In this document: in pieces, positions 12,700-25,009 of the stretch
Layout: each line of letters begins with the position of its first letter
Numbering within the stretch: the stretch's first letter is position 1
From: Pristiophorus japonicus
Taxonomy: Eukaryota
Assembly (NCBI RefSeq): GCF_044704955.1
Contig: NC_091979.1
Location: forward strand, 47,988,001 to 48,052,000
Length of the DNA: 64,000 nucleotides
Direction of reading: 5' to 3'
Translations under genes and position numbers: made by a program
Notes under the pieces: generated by a model
Told to the model about the DNA's origin: nothing
The model's database searches: none
What the model saw: only the letters and a program-made list of their open reading frames with translations

Positions 12700-14126
12700 G
12701 GGCTCAAAATGGCGGGGCTCAAAATGGCCCATGCCAATTTTTGGCGCACTCACCCGAGTTGCGCAGCTTTTCTACGTTTCCAAGCGTGCCGATAAAAGAC
12801 GTCCTGACTTTGGCCGCCGTCAGGCCTCTCCCAGGTCATCGTGCAGCGTGGCCAGTCGAGTCGGGGGCGGAGCCAGTGTCCCGCACTGAAAACAGTGCCC
12901 GGACGTCTGCACATGCGCATTGCAGTGTGCGCGCATGCGCAGTAGCTCCTCGCCCCCAGCATCTCTGTGTGCGTCCCACCCCTATCCCAGGCTGCGTGGC
13001 CAAATATTAAACCGACCCAACTCTCCTGCTTCGTCACGGGCTTTTACCCTCATGATATCGAAGTCACCCTCCTGAGAAATCGGAAGCCGATCACCGACAC
13101 GGAATCCAGTGGCATCCTGCCCAACCACGACGGAACCTACCAGCTGACGAGATGGGCTAAGATCGGTGGCTGGGAGCCACCTATTTCTGTCAGTATGAGC
13201 AGAGTGACAACACAGGAGTGAAGAACCGAGACTGGGACGGGACATTCCGAGTGACTCCAGGATCTCTAAAGGGAACAAATCTCAGTTTGATCGTTGGAAT
13301 TGTGATTGCTGCCATCACCTGATTGCTCTGGTCATCGGTGGCATTATGTGGAAGAAGAGAGGAGGAGAGAAGAAATCTGGTTACAGCCCAGCAAACCCTG
13401 CTGAAAAAGGAGAATCATCCTCAAACTCATCAGCCGAGGCCTGAGGCTGGTCCCGAAGTGAAGGTCCTTGGGACTGGAATCTGGACTTGCTGCGTCGCTG
13501 GGAGGATTCATTCAGAAGCAATCCCCATTCTGGATCTTCATTTGGTTTGATTGATTGTCACTGGCTGCTTTTAGTGTTTATAGTAATCTGTAATGTTCCT
13601 GGGCTGAAGATGAAGGTAGGGTAGGACTTGCATCTATTTTTTATTAGGATATTTTGAAAAAAAATTATGTAAATATGTTTTGTCTCTTTACTTCTTTTAT
13701 TTTTGTAGTTTAAGCTTCCATGAATGCTTCTGTTGTATAGTAAATTAACTTTGTGAAGTTTGTCATATGATGTCCTGTATAACTGTTTGATCCTATTCAC
13801 ATTCTTTAGTCAAGTCATTAAGTTTTGCTGGCCTCCGATGTACCTACCTGCGCTGATTTCTTAACTCTCCCCACCGGTTTTCACAAGCGGCCACATACGC
13901 TGGCCTAAGTTAGTTTGGCGTAACTATTAGCTGGCCAAAGTGGCTAAATGGCCAAAACAGGCGTAGGTAGCTGGTAAAGCCCCCTTTTGAAAAAAAAATG
14001 AAACTAAAAAAATCCTAACTAACTCACTTACACTGACGCAAATTGAATGTGCAAAATGTAGATTTTTAAAATACTCCAGAAAAATCAAGTTGCTCCAAAA
14101 AAAAAATCCTGGGCAATTTTGAGCCC
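12700..14126. mobile_element. Non-autonomous PIF/Harbinger element enclosing the MHC class I fragment
   Basis: TIRs gggctcaaaatggc(cc) at 12700/12714 and gggcaattttgagccc at 14111-14126. The reverse complement of the right arm aligns with the left end of the Harbinger at 54909. Confidence 0.85.
13002..13444 (+). pseudogene. Processed (intronless), 5'-truncated MHC class I heavy-chain pseudogene fragment: alpha3 Ig-C1, TM, cytoplasmic tail
   Basis: LSCFVTGFYPHDIEVTLLRN...GILPNHDGTYQL..W, frameshift, ATYFCQYEQ...WDG...LIVGIVIAAI, frameshift, LIALVIGGIMWKKRGGEKKSGYSPANPAEKGESSSNSSAEA*. No introns between the domains; frameshifts at ~13170 and ~13318. Confidence 0.9.
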
Positions 14127-15349
14127 ATAGTAACTGACATGAATGGGACAGCAGGCATTTGCTCACTACCACAGCTGCTATTGTGAGGTTGCAAATAGTT
14201 ATGATTATGAAATGCTCTGTTTATTTTGTACTGTCAGGTGTGTTTGGAGGAAGATAAATGACTGAATTCATTACACACATTTAACACTTCAATCATGCTG
14301 GCTTATAGTCGTGTGCAGCCACAGGAAATCTGTATTCTCAAACTGTCCATCCATTTATTGGCTTTATCTAGTAATCGCAAAAAGGAATTGCTCATTATTT
14401 GCAGTTATTAACACTGCACACAATACCAAAAATTTCAGAAAGAATCTTTGCTATTCTCACTTAATTTGAGCTTTCCCTTACTGAAGGTCATTAAATCTTT
14501 GCAAAATCGGGATGATGCGGGCCGGGTATCCTCTGTGTGATTAAAGCTTGAATTGTTCATCATACACTTACTTGGTGCAGGTAGTGGGACCAGTTTGGCT
14601 TTGGATTCTTTCAAAATGGAAGCCACGTGGATGTACCTCAATGGCAAGGTCAGGAATATTATGACCTGCAGCACAACACTCTGTGGCGCACCGTGCTGGA
14701 GTAGCGATATGTTGCGAAACCCACTCTGCTTTTTTAAAATTATGTTGAACTCATAAATAATTAATAACAGCCAGCAAAAACACAAATCCAATCTGTGTGT
14801 GGAATAAATTCATCAGATCTGTGTGAATCACATCAAATAAATCAGTTGTGACTGCTCACCCCATTAGTTATGCAGCCTGACACCACTCGGTGGATTGTTT
14901 TCCATAAATTACCATCGCCCAAAGCCTTTCCGTTTTATTATGGTGTATGGAATTTTTGTGCGCCACACTAAATTACTTTTCATTAGTACACTTATTCATT
15001 GAATGCAGTGATCTAACTGGGCACGAATGGTAAGGCTCATCCGCATGTAATGACCATTTCAGTTTTTTTTGGTAACATTATCTTTCTTCAACGGCAACTT
15101 TAATGTACATTTAAGGCAAGTTCCTTCGTCACTCAATGGAACAGAATATTCTGTTTTGTTCGAAAATGACAATTTTTAACTATGGCGCATTAGCTAATGG
15201 TAATAATGTTCGCTAGGAGTTACATTCTGGCTTAAATTATAAATTGTCAGGAAGCAACAATTCTCCTGTTTCTCTCTCTCCCCCCCAATAGGTTATTGGA
15301 ATAACTGCGGATTGACAAAGTGCATTTGCTTTGTTTACAATTGATATTG

Positions 15350-15787
15350 AAAGACTTACATTTCTGTAGCGCCTTTCACGACCACTGTACGTCCCAAAGC
15401 GCTTTAAAGCCAATTAAGTACTTTTGAAGTGTAGTCACTGTTGCAATGTGGAAAATGTGGCAGCTTATTTGCATACAGCAAGCTCCCACAAACAGCAATG
15501 CGATAATGACCATATAAACTGTTTTTGTTATGTGTGTTGATTGAGGGATAAATATTGGCCAGGACCCCGGGGATAACTGCCCTGCTCTTCTTCCAAATAG
15601 CATCATGGGATCTTTAACATCCACCTGAGTGAACAGACGGGACCTCGGTTTAATGTCTCTTCCAAAAGGCAATGCAGCACTCCCTCAGCACTGCACATTC
15701 CAGATTTATGTGCTCTGGAATGGGACGTGAACCTACAACCTCCTGACCCAGAGGTGAGTATGCTACCCACTGAGCCACAGCTGTCAC
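15350..15787 (-). mobile_element. Deu-type tRNA SINE, near intact
   Basis: tRNA-like head at ~15700-15787, conserved core, LINE-like tail aaagacttacattt; three other copies in the window. Confidence 0.75.
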
Positions 15788-16144
15788 TTTTATCCACAAC
15801 CCAGTGTGAAACTAAGCCATACAGAAAATGCAAGTGTACAGATTCTGGGGGAGAACAGCGTAGGACTTGGCTGTGACACTTCCACAGATGATTAGCTTGC
15901 CAACTCTAAGGGGAAATTTTACAATCCATGCTTGTCCAGCATTCACCCACAACCAATTGTCAGAAAATCATGAGCTGTGTGTGCCTGAATTTCCAATATG
16001 TACTACCCAGAGAGCAAGGTTTCCCACTGGGAGCTGGAACTCAAGATTGCCTCGTTAACTACCGAGACTCACACATAAAGAATGGAACTTAGATAAAGTA
16101 CCAGAAGGTAGCTGGCACTAAAGGAGGTACATCCCAAGAGTCAG

Positions 16145-16600
16145 ACAACAACAACTTGTATTTATATAGTGCCGTTAACATAGTAAAATGTCCCAAGGCA
16201 CTTCACAAGTGTGTTATGAAACAAAATTTGACACCGAGCTACATAAGGAAAAATTAGGGCAGATGCTTGGTCAAAGAAGGCGGCTTTAAGGAGAGTCTTA
16301 AAAGGAAGAGAAGTAGAGAGGCGGAGAGGTTTAGGGAGGGAATTGCAGAGTTTGGGGCCAAGGCAGCTGAAGGCACGGTCACCGATGGTTGAGTGATTAA
16401 AATCAGGGATACTCAAGAGGCCAGAATTAGAGGAGTGCAGATATCCCGGGGGGTCGGACGGGGTGGATGTGGTGCTGGAGAAAATTACAGAGATAGGAAG
16501 GGGAGAGGCCATGGAGGGATTTGAAAACATGGATGAGAATTTTAAAATTGAGGCGTTACCTAACCAGGAGCCAATGTAGATCAGCGAGCAACAGGGGTAG
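16145..16600 (-). mobile_element. L2 LINE 3' fragment
   Basis: STIGDRAFSCLGPKLCNSLP motif plus (caa)n tail. Confidence 0.85.
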
Positions 16601-17269
16601 AGAGGAGAAAGCTGCAGGGTGGGGGGAGGAAAGAGTGGGAATCACATTGTCATTATACTAATAAACTTCTTTCCATCTAAACTATACAGCCATGCCTGCA
16701 TACTAATCACCTCCTGCCCTAACCAACATTTCAGCATTGACCAACACAACCAAAAAGATGGATTAAATGGACATTCACCTCATCGCCAATTGTGGGGGTC
16801 TTGCAGTATGCCTGTTGCAACAGACATTTTAACATATAGCAAGACCCCCCCCCCCCCCATGACACATAACAATCGATGCATTTAATTCATTCTTCCGCCA
16901 CTTTGAAACATTTCAGTGAGATAGGATCAGGTGTTATATAACTGCAAGTCCTTTTTCAACTTAAGATATCTGTCTTTACAAACCCAATACATAATCCTGT
17001 GTGAAGAAATATCGAGAATTTGGCTGCATTTCCAGTCAGTAAATAAATACATATTAAGGGGTACTGTTTGTGCAACAACTCACAAGACTTTGTGGACAGA
17101 ATCCTTACACACTCAGTCACAATCCCTTACATCCACCCGCTAACACAATGGCTCCTGTCAATTGCCAACTCAGGTTACCCATTTATTTATAATCCAGTTA
17201 AATGCACCGATGGAACAAAACTAAACTTGGGAGGTAAAGTTTCTGTAAAGAAGCTCCTTTCCTTTTTAA

Positions 17270-17890
17270 AGCCCACTATGGCGCTCTCTGAGGTGTCTGA
17301 ACACCAAAGCTTTTCCTATTTAACAGCAACAACAAAAAGCCGCCCCGATTATGGAGAGGAGAAGCGGTTTCCAGCGGCCCGGGGGAGAAGCCGAGGGAAG
17401 CGAATGGTTTATCCCCCAGCCCCCGGAGCTGACCGCGTCCATCAGCCGCCCTGGGTCGGTGCAAACTCCACATCAAATTCCTGCTTTCATTCCAAGAGTC
17501 GCCGCTCCTCCAAAACAGCCCGCATGTACATTACACTTGTTGCTTTCCCCGAGAAGGAATCGTGAATTTCATTTTGTTTTTGTCAATTTCAATCACAACA
17601 TATCGAAAACAAAAGCTTCAGCTCATCACCGCACCATGGGACAGTACGTCAACGCAAACACAAAGTGGACAGCAATTTACACACCACAACATTTTTATTT
17701 TAGAAAACGAAAGGGTTTTCTCTCTTTACCTGTCCGCTGGGTGGTAGGAGGGTCAGACACAAACAAACTTGAGATGATGCTATCTGGTTGAAAGGACAGC
17801 AGTGAATGGGCTCCCTGTTCTACACATTGGCTCCAAACAAACCAGGTATCTGATCCAGATCCCTCCACCCCTTTGGGGCGGGGTTAACTC
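17270..17890 (-). promoter_or_regulatory. Candidate promoter and non-coding first exon (probably LYPD6)
   Basis: Non-repeat CpG-rich patch at 17270-17530. On the minus strand: GC box ggggcgggg 17875-17883, CCAAT 17826-17830, then donor CAG|GTAAAG at 17730. Gene identity rests only on the known LYPD6B-LYPD6 tandem synteny. Confidence 0.4.
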
Positions 17891-18059
17891 GCATTACATC
17901 ATCTAATACTGGCTATCCGGGGTGAAGTGTGACAGGTAAATATCATTATCAGTCTTCAACTTTATGCTGGAAATTTGAGATTCCAGTAAATTTCAGTAAG
18001 TATGAAATATTACCCCACCTATTAGACTCGACCGCACAACATGTTTTTTGTTCTATTTT

Positions 18060-18970
18060 AGGCACCACTTGGCTGTGCGGGAGCACTCAGCTCTGAGTGA
18101 GGATGTCGTGGGTTCAAAGTCCAGGAGAGTTGCTTGAGCACTTCATCTAGGCTCGTCATCATCATCATAGGCAGTCCCTCGAAATCGAGGAAGACTTACT
18201 TCCACTATAAAAATGAGTTCTCAGGTCCAATACGGGAATTACAGTCTCTGTCACAGGTGGGACAGACAGTCGTTGAAGGAAAGGGTGGGTGGAACTGGTT
18301 TGCCGCACGCTCCTTCCGCTGCCTGCGTTTAATTTCTGCATGCTCTCGGCGACGAGACTCGAGGTGCTCAGCGCCCTCCCGGATGCGCATCCTCCACTTA
18401 GGGCGGTCTTTGGCCAGGGACTCCCAGGTGTTGTTGGGGATGTTTAATTTTATCAAGGAGGCTTTGAGGGTGTCCTTGAAACATTTCCTCTGCCCACCTT
18501 GAGCTCGCTTGCCATGTAGGAGTTCAGAGTAGAGCGCTTGCTTTGGGAGCCTTGTGTCAGGCATGCGAACAATGTGGCCTGCCCAGCGCAACTGGTCGAG
18601 TGTGATCAGTGCTTCGATGCTGGGGATGTTGGCCTGGTCAAGGATGCTAACGTTGGTGCGTCTGCCCTCCCAGGGGATTTGCAGGATCTTGCAGAGGCAT
18701 CATCTAGGCTAGCGCTGCAGTGTAGTACCTGCTTTCTCAGCTGGATTTAAAAGAAAGTCCCATGCTACTGTCCAATATTTAACCCACAACCAACATCACT
18801 AAAACAGATTTTCCAGTTATTAACTCATTGCTGTTTGTCAGGCATTGATGTTGCCAATTGTCTGCTGCATTTAACTACCAAACAATAACTACACTTCAAA
18901 AGGAATTTATTGGCTTTAAAATGCTTCAGGGCATAATGAGGACATGAAAGATGCTATATAAATACAAGTT
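18060..18970 (+). mobile_element. Deu-type SINE split by an RTE 3' fragment (18155-18700, minus)
   Basis: catctaggct occurs at both junctions; RTE ORF RWAGHIVRMPDTRLPKQALYSEL...CPTCDRDC. Confidence 0.75.
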
Positions 18971-19179
18971 CTCTATGTCTTCTCTTCTGACAGTGCTGAC
19001 TCATGCTTGTGCAATTCCACAGCCACTGACTGCCCTCTGGTACATTTCTCATGTTTATTCTTCATGTGAGAGCCGGCCTGGCAAGTGTTATCAGATGATT
19101 CAACTCTGGGGAGGCTATCATGTTGGGAGTCTCAGTCTGAACCTGAACTTATCTGATGGCCTACACAAACATATACATT

Positions 19180-19890
19180 TTCAACAATAAATGGGAATCT
19201 TAAACATTCACTCCCTCCACCACTGGCGCACCATGTCTGCAGTGTGTGCCATCTACAAGATGTACTGCAGCAACTCACCAAGGCTTCTTCGGCAGCATCT
19301 CCCAAACCCGCAACCTCTACCACCTAGAAGGACAAGGGCAGCAGGCGCATGGGAACACCATCACCTCCACTTTCCCTGCCAAGTCAAACAACATCCTGAC
19401 TTGGAAATGTATCGCTGTTCCTTCATCGTCGCTGGGTCACAATCCTAGAACTCCCTTCCTATCATCATCATAGGCAGTCCCTTGAAATCGAGGATTCTTG
19501 CTTCCACTCCAAAAGTGAGTTCTCAGGTGACCGAACAGTCCAATGCAGAATTACAATCTCTGTCACAGGTGGGACAGAGAGTCGTTGAAGGAACGGGTGG
19601 GTGGGACTTGCCACATGCTCCTTCCGCTGCCTTAGCTTGGTTTCTGCATGCTCTTGGCGACGAGACTCGAGGTGCTCAGTGCACTCCCGATAAACTTCCT
19701 CCACTTAGGGCAGTCTTTGGCCAGGGTCTCCCAGGTGTCAGTGGAGATGTTGCATTCATCAAGGATGCTTTGAAGGTGTCCTTGAAACGTTTCCTCTGTC
19801 CACGTTGGGCTCGTTTGCTGTGTAGGGGTTCCGAGTTGAGCATTTTGGGAGTCTTATGTCAGGCATGCGAACAATGTGGCCCACCCAGCA
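19180..19890. mobile_element. Old LINE 3' fragment (+, 19180-19460) abutting an RTE 3' fragment (-, 19460-19890)
   Basis: HSLHHWRT..AVCAIYKM motif related to 12190-12400; RTE (cat)n tail at 19460. Confidence 0.7.
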
Positions 19891-19934
19891 GATGGGAAAT
19901 AAATGCTGGCCTTGCCAGCAACACCCACATCCTA

Positions 19935-22680
19935 AGAATGATTTTTAAAAACCTCACTATTTTCCCCTTCTCCACCTGAGGACATTTATGCTAATTTATG
20001 AAACTCTCATCCATGCCGTTGTTACCTCTAAACTTGACTACTCCAACGCACTGCTGGCTGGCCTCCCACATTTTACACTATGTAAACTTGACATCATCCA
20101 AAACTCGGCAGCCCGTGTCCTAACTCGCATCAAGTCATGATCACCCATCATCCCTGTGCTCCCTGATAAAGTGCGACATCCCCACCGACACCTGGGAGTC
20201 CCTGGCCCAAGGCCGCCCAAAGTGAAGGAAGTGCATCCGGGAGGGCGCTGAGCACCTCGAGTCTCGTCGCCGAGAGCATGCAGAAATCAAGCGTAGGCAG
20301 CGGAAGGAGCGTGCGACAAACCAGTCCCACCCATCCCTTCCCTCAATGACTATCTGTCCCACCTGTGACAGAGTCTGTGGCTCTCGTATTGTTCAGCCAC
20401 CAAAGAACTCACTTCAGGAGTGGAAGCAAGTCTTCCTCGATTCCAAGGGACTGCCTATGATGATGATGATGATGATGCTCGCTGACCTACATTGGCTCCC
20501 AGTTAAACAACGCCTCGATCTCAAAATTCTCATCCTTGTTTACAAATCCCTCTGTGGCCTTGCCCTTCCCTATCTCTGTAATCTATTCAGCCTCACAACC
20601 CTCCAAGCAGCATTACAGATGGCAAAAGACTAAGGTCCAACAAAAAAAACAGGACCTAAAGAACAGGTGGTGGATGGAGAAAGCACAGGAGATACAGCAG
20701 CTGGCTGACAGCCATGATGTGCGAGGGTTCTTCATCTTTAAAAAAGGGGACAAGTCCGACAGCGGCAATTACAGAGGAATCTCCCTGCTATCAGCCACTG
20801 GGAAAGTCATCGCTAGGGTCCTCCTCACCCGTCTTCTCCCCGTGGCTGAGGTGCTCCTCCCGGAGTCACAGTGCGGATTTCGTCCCCTCCGGGGCACAAC
20901 GGACATGATTTTTGCAGCATAACAGCTGCAGGAAAAATGCAGGGAACAGCGCCAGTTCTTATACATGGCCTTCTTCGACCTTACAAAAGCGTTTGACACT
21001 GTCAACCGCGAGGGTCTATGGAGCGTCCTCCTCTGTTTTGGATGCCCCCAAAAGTACGTCACCATCCTCCGCCTGCTCTACGATGACATGCAGGCCATGA
21101 TCCTTACCAACAGATCCATCACAGACCCAATTCATGTCCTGCCCGGGGTCAAGCAGGGCTGCGTCATCGCCCCGACCCTCTTCTCAATCTTCCTCAATGC
21201 CATGCTCCACCTCACAGTTGACAAGCTCCCCACTGGAGTGGAACTAAACTACAGATCCAGTGGGAAGCTGTACAAGCTTAGCCGTCTCCAGGCCAGATCC
21301 AAGACCACTCCAACCTCTGTCGTTGAGCTACAGTACACGGACAACGCCTGCGTCTGTGCGCACACAGAGGGCTGAACTCCAGGACATAGTCGACGTATTT
21401 ACTGAGGCATATGAAAGTATGGGCCTTACGCTAAACATCAGTAAGACAAAGGTCCTCCACCTGCCTGTCTTCACCGCACAGCACTGCCCCCCAGACATCA
21501 AGATCCACGGCACGGCCCTGGACAACGTGGACCACGTCCCTTATCTCGGGAGTCTCCTATCAACAAGAGCAGGCATCGACGACGAGATCCAACACTGCCT
21601 CCACTGCGTCAGTGCAGCTTTCGGCCGTCTGAGGAAAAGATTGTTTAAAGACCAGGCCCTCAAAACTCTCACCAAGCTCATGGTCTACAGGGCTGTAGTA
21701 ATACCCGCCCTCCTGTATGGCTCAGAGACATGGACCATGTACAGTAGACACCTCAAATCACTGGAGAAATACCACCAATGATGTCTCCGCAAGATCCTAC
21801 AAATCCCCTGGGAGGACAGACGCACCAACATTAGCATCCTCGACCAGGCCAACATCCCCAGCATTGATGCACTGACCACACTTGATCAGCTCCGCTGGGC
21901 AGGCCACATAGTTCGCATGCCAGACACGAGACTCCCAAAGCAAGCGCTCTACTCGGAACTCGTCCACGGCAAACGAGTCAAAAGTGGGCAGAGGAAACGT
22001 TACAAGGACACCCTCAAAGCCTCCCTGAAAGTGCAACATCCCCACTAACACCTGGGAGTACCTGGCCCAAGACCGCCCTAAGTGGAGGAAGTGCATCCAG
22101 GAGGGTGCTGAGCACCTCGAGTCTTGTCGCCAAGAGCATGCAGAAATCAAGCGCAGGCAGCGGAAAGAGCATGCGGCAATCCAGTCCCACCCACTCCTTC
22201 CCTCAACGACTATCTGTCCCACCTGTGACAGAGATTGTGGTTCTTGTATTGGACTGTACAGCCACCTAAAAACTCATGCTAAGAGTGGAAGCAAGTCTTC
22301 CTCAATTCCGAGGGACTGCCTATGATGCTGAATCTATTTCAGCCTCACAATCCCACAAGATATCTGCGCTCCTCAATTCTGCCCTCTTGAGCATCCCTGA
22401 TTATAATCACTCAACCATTGGTGGCCGTGCCTTCAGCTGCTTGAGCCCTAAGCTCTGGAACTCCCTCCCTAAACCTCTCCCCCTCTCTACCTCTCTTTCC
22501 TCCTTTAAGATGCTCCTTAAAACCTACCTCTTTGACCAAGCTTTTGGTGATCTACCGTAATTTCATCTTATGTGGTTCGGTGTCAAATGTACCTGTTTTG
22601 TCTTGTAACACTGCTATTAAGCGCCTTGGGACATTTTACTACGTTAAAGGCACTATATAAATAGAATTAGTTGTTGTTGT
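19935..22680 (+). mobile_element. L2 3' fragment interrupted by two RTE insertions (20160-20477 and 20605-22330)
   Basis: HITPVLADLHWLPVKQR...GGRAFSCLSPKLWNSLP continues across both inserts. Confidence 0.8.
20605..22330 (+). mobile_element. RTE LINE, 5'-truncated, internally deleted and frameshifted RT
   Basis: NYRGISLLSATGKV, ESQCGFR, FFDLTKAFDTVNR, GVKQGCVIAPTLF, PALLYGSETW. Confidence 0.92.
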
Positions 22681-22934
22681 AGTTTTAATGCTAGAAAATA
22701 TCTTTGTTCCAAGAACTAAGATTGCAAAAATGAAATCACATTGAACAAGTTTGTGTTAAAAACAGAAAATGCCAGAAACCATCAGCTTCTGTGGAGAGAG
22801 AGAAATAGTTTTAACGTTTCAGCTCAAGGACTTTTAATCAGAACAAATTTGTGTCATGATAGCCGTATCGTTCAATCTGCTGTGAGTAAACTTGTCCCAA
22901 AACAAACATGGGATCGCTAATATTACAGCCTTGG

Positions 22935-24110
22935 AATCATAGAATGATACAGTACAGAAGGAGGCCATTCGGCCCATCCTGCCTGTGCCGGCTCTTTGCT
23001 GGAGCTATTCAATTAATCCCACTCCTTTTCTCTTTCCCTATGACCCTATAATTTTTTCCCTTCAAGTATTTATCCAATTCCCTTTTGAATGTTACTATTG
23101 AATCTGTTTCCATCACTCTTTCAGGCAGTGCATTTCAGATCACAACTCGCTGTGGACCTTGTCCCCACTAAAAGTCTAACACACACACTTATTTTATTAG
23201 AAGAACATCTCAAAACCAAAAATATAATATCGAATAATCAGCATGGATTTCAAAAGAGAAAGTCTTGCTTGACCAACCTCATTGAATTTTTTGAAGAGGT
23301 AACAGAGAGAGTAGACAATGGTAATGCAGTAGATGTAATTTATCTAGATTTTCAAAAGGCCTTCGATAAGGTGCCTCATAATAGACTGATGAACAAGGTC
23401 AGAGAATGCGGAGTCAGGGGACAAGTAACAGAATGGATAGCTAGCTGGCTTCAAGACAGAAAGCAGAGATTCACAGTGGCAGAAGGTGGGTAGTGGTGTT
23501 TCACAAGGATCAGTGCTGAGACCACTATTGTTCACAATTTATATTAACGATTTAGACTTTGAAAAAACACAATTTCTAAATTTGCGAATGACACCAAATT
23601 GAGGCGTGGGGGAGGGGGCTGAGGAGGACTGCAACAAATTAAAGGAAGACATTAATAATCTTACAGAATGGAATACAAAATTATGAAAGGTTTTTAGAAT
23701 GGATACAAAGAGAATTTTTCCACTTGTGGAGAAGAGCATAACTAGAGGCCGTCAATATAAGATAGTCACCAAGAAATCCAATAGGGAATTCAGAAGAAAC
23801 TTCTTTACCCAAAGAGTGGTGAGAATGTGGAACTCGTTACCACAGGGAGTGGTTGAAGCGAATAGTGTAGAGTGGAAGCAAGTCTTCCTCGATTCTGAGG
23901 GACTGCCTATGATGATGATGATAATGATGATGATGGAGATGTATTTAAGGGGAGGCTAGACAAGCATATGAGGGAGAAGGGATCAGAGTGTTAAGCAGAT
24001 AGATTTAGATGAGGAAAGACGGGAGGAGGCTCGAGTGATGCATAATCGCCGGCATGGACCGATTGGGTCGAATGGCCTGTTTCTGTGCCATATATCCTAT
24101 GTAATGCTTT
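22935..24110. mobile_element. CR1 fragments (minus tail 22935-23150; plus RT and tail 23195-24110) with a ~65-nt RTE tail insert at 23868-23935
   Basis: QHGFQKRKSCLTNLIEFFEEVT...YLDFQKAFDKVPH; RRNFFTQRVV. Confidence 0.85.
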
Positions 24111-25009
24111 GTAAACGTAAATTTAAGTTTTCCATTCCCTCCCTTAGCTGGAAAGGAAGGACTGTCTGCCCCATAGATGTCACCATGGTCATGCACAGTG
24201 ATGCACTGTGCTTAGTCAACCAGAGAATGACTAATCTTGATATGCTACTTCTGCTTCATTGTATAATGTTAGGACCAAAGAGTTATATAGAATGACACGT
24301 GCCATGCAATTAAGTGGTCTTCATTGAAATGAGTAAGAAACTAGTCCCACATCCCAACCATGTAGTTAAAACAGTTTAACATCTGCATTTTCTGCATAGT
24401 TTTTAAAAGACAGGTTTAAAAAAATTCTACAGCCACGGTTCACCGGTGGTGGAGGGAGTGATTGATCAAAATATCAAATCTTGAAACTATTAATTACATT
24501 GCTACATATTTCTCTGACTGAAGATTCTTAGCAAGGCATATCTAAGTTTGAATTTTACCTTTAGAAAGGGACACATCATAATGTTTGAATAATGCCATGG
24601 GATATACTCCAGATCTTCATGCTCCCTGCTCTCTTTTTTAAAATGAAATAGTCCACTACATTACAACAGTGACACTCCAAAAGTACTTCATTGGCTGTAA
24701 AGCACTTTGAGATATCCGGTGGTCGTGAAAGGCATTATATAAATCCAAGTCTTTCTTTTCTTTCTTTATTCTGATCCAATGGCTTAGCCAAAAGTTGGCA
24801 AAACAAGATTAGATATCAATGACGATGCTTTTGAATTTAGGTCATTCAAATAACAGGGCATCACTGTATCTCTGGAGCTGCCAGGTATCTGGGGAAGCCA
24901 GACCCTCAGTACATTTGGGTGATGCTTCCAACTTTTACACTGAACTTCTACTTGCCAGTAACATGTTCTAAAGGTGCTTCACAGAGGATGTCAAGCCGTA
25001 AGAGACTAA

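Noticed and set aside
12967-13444. Functional MHC class I gene or MHC region
   Set aside because: No leader, alpha1 or alpha2; two frameshifts; intronless; lies next to LYPD6B.
14572-14725. Coding exon on the minus strand
   Set aside because: Good donor but A-rich, weak acceptor, and no recognisable protein in any frame.
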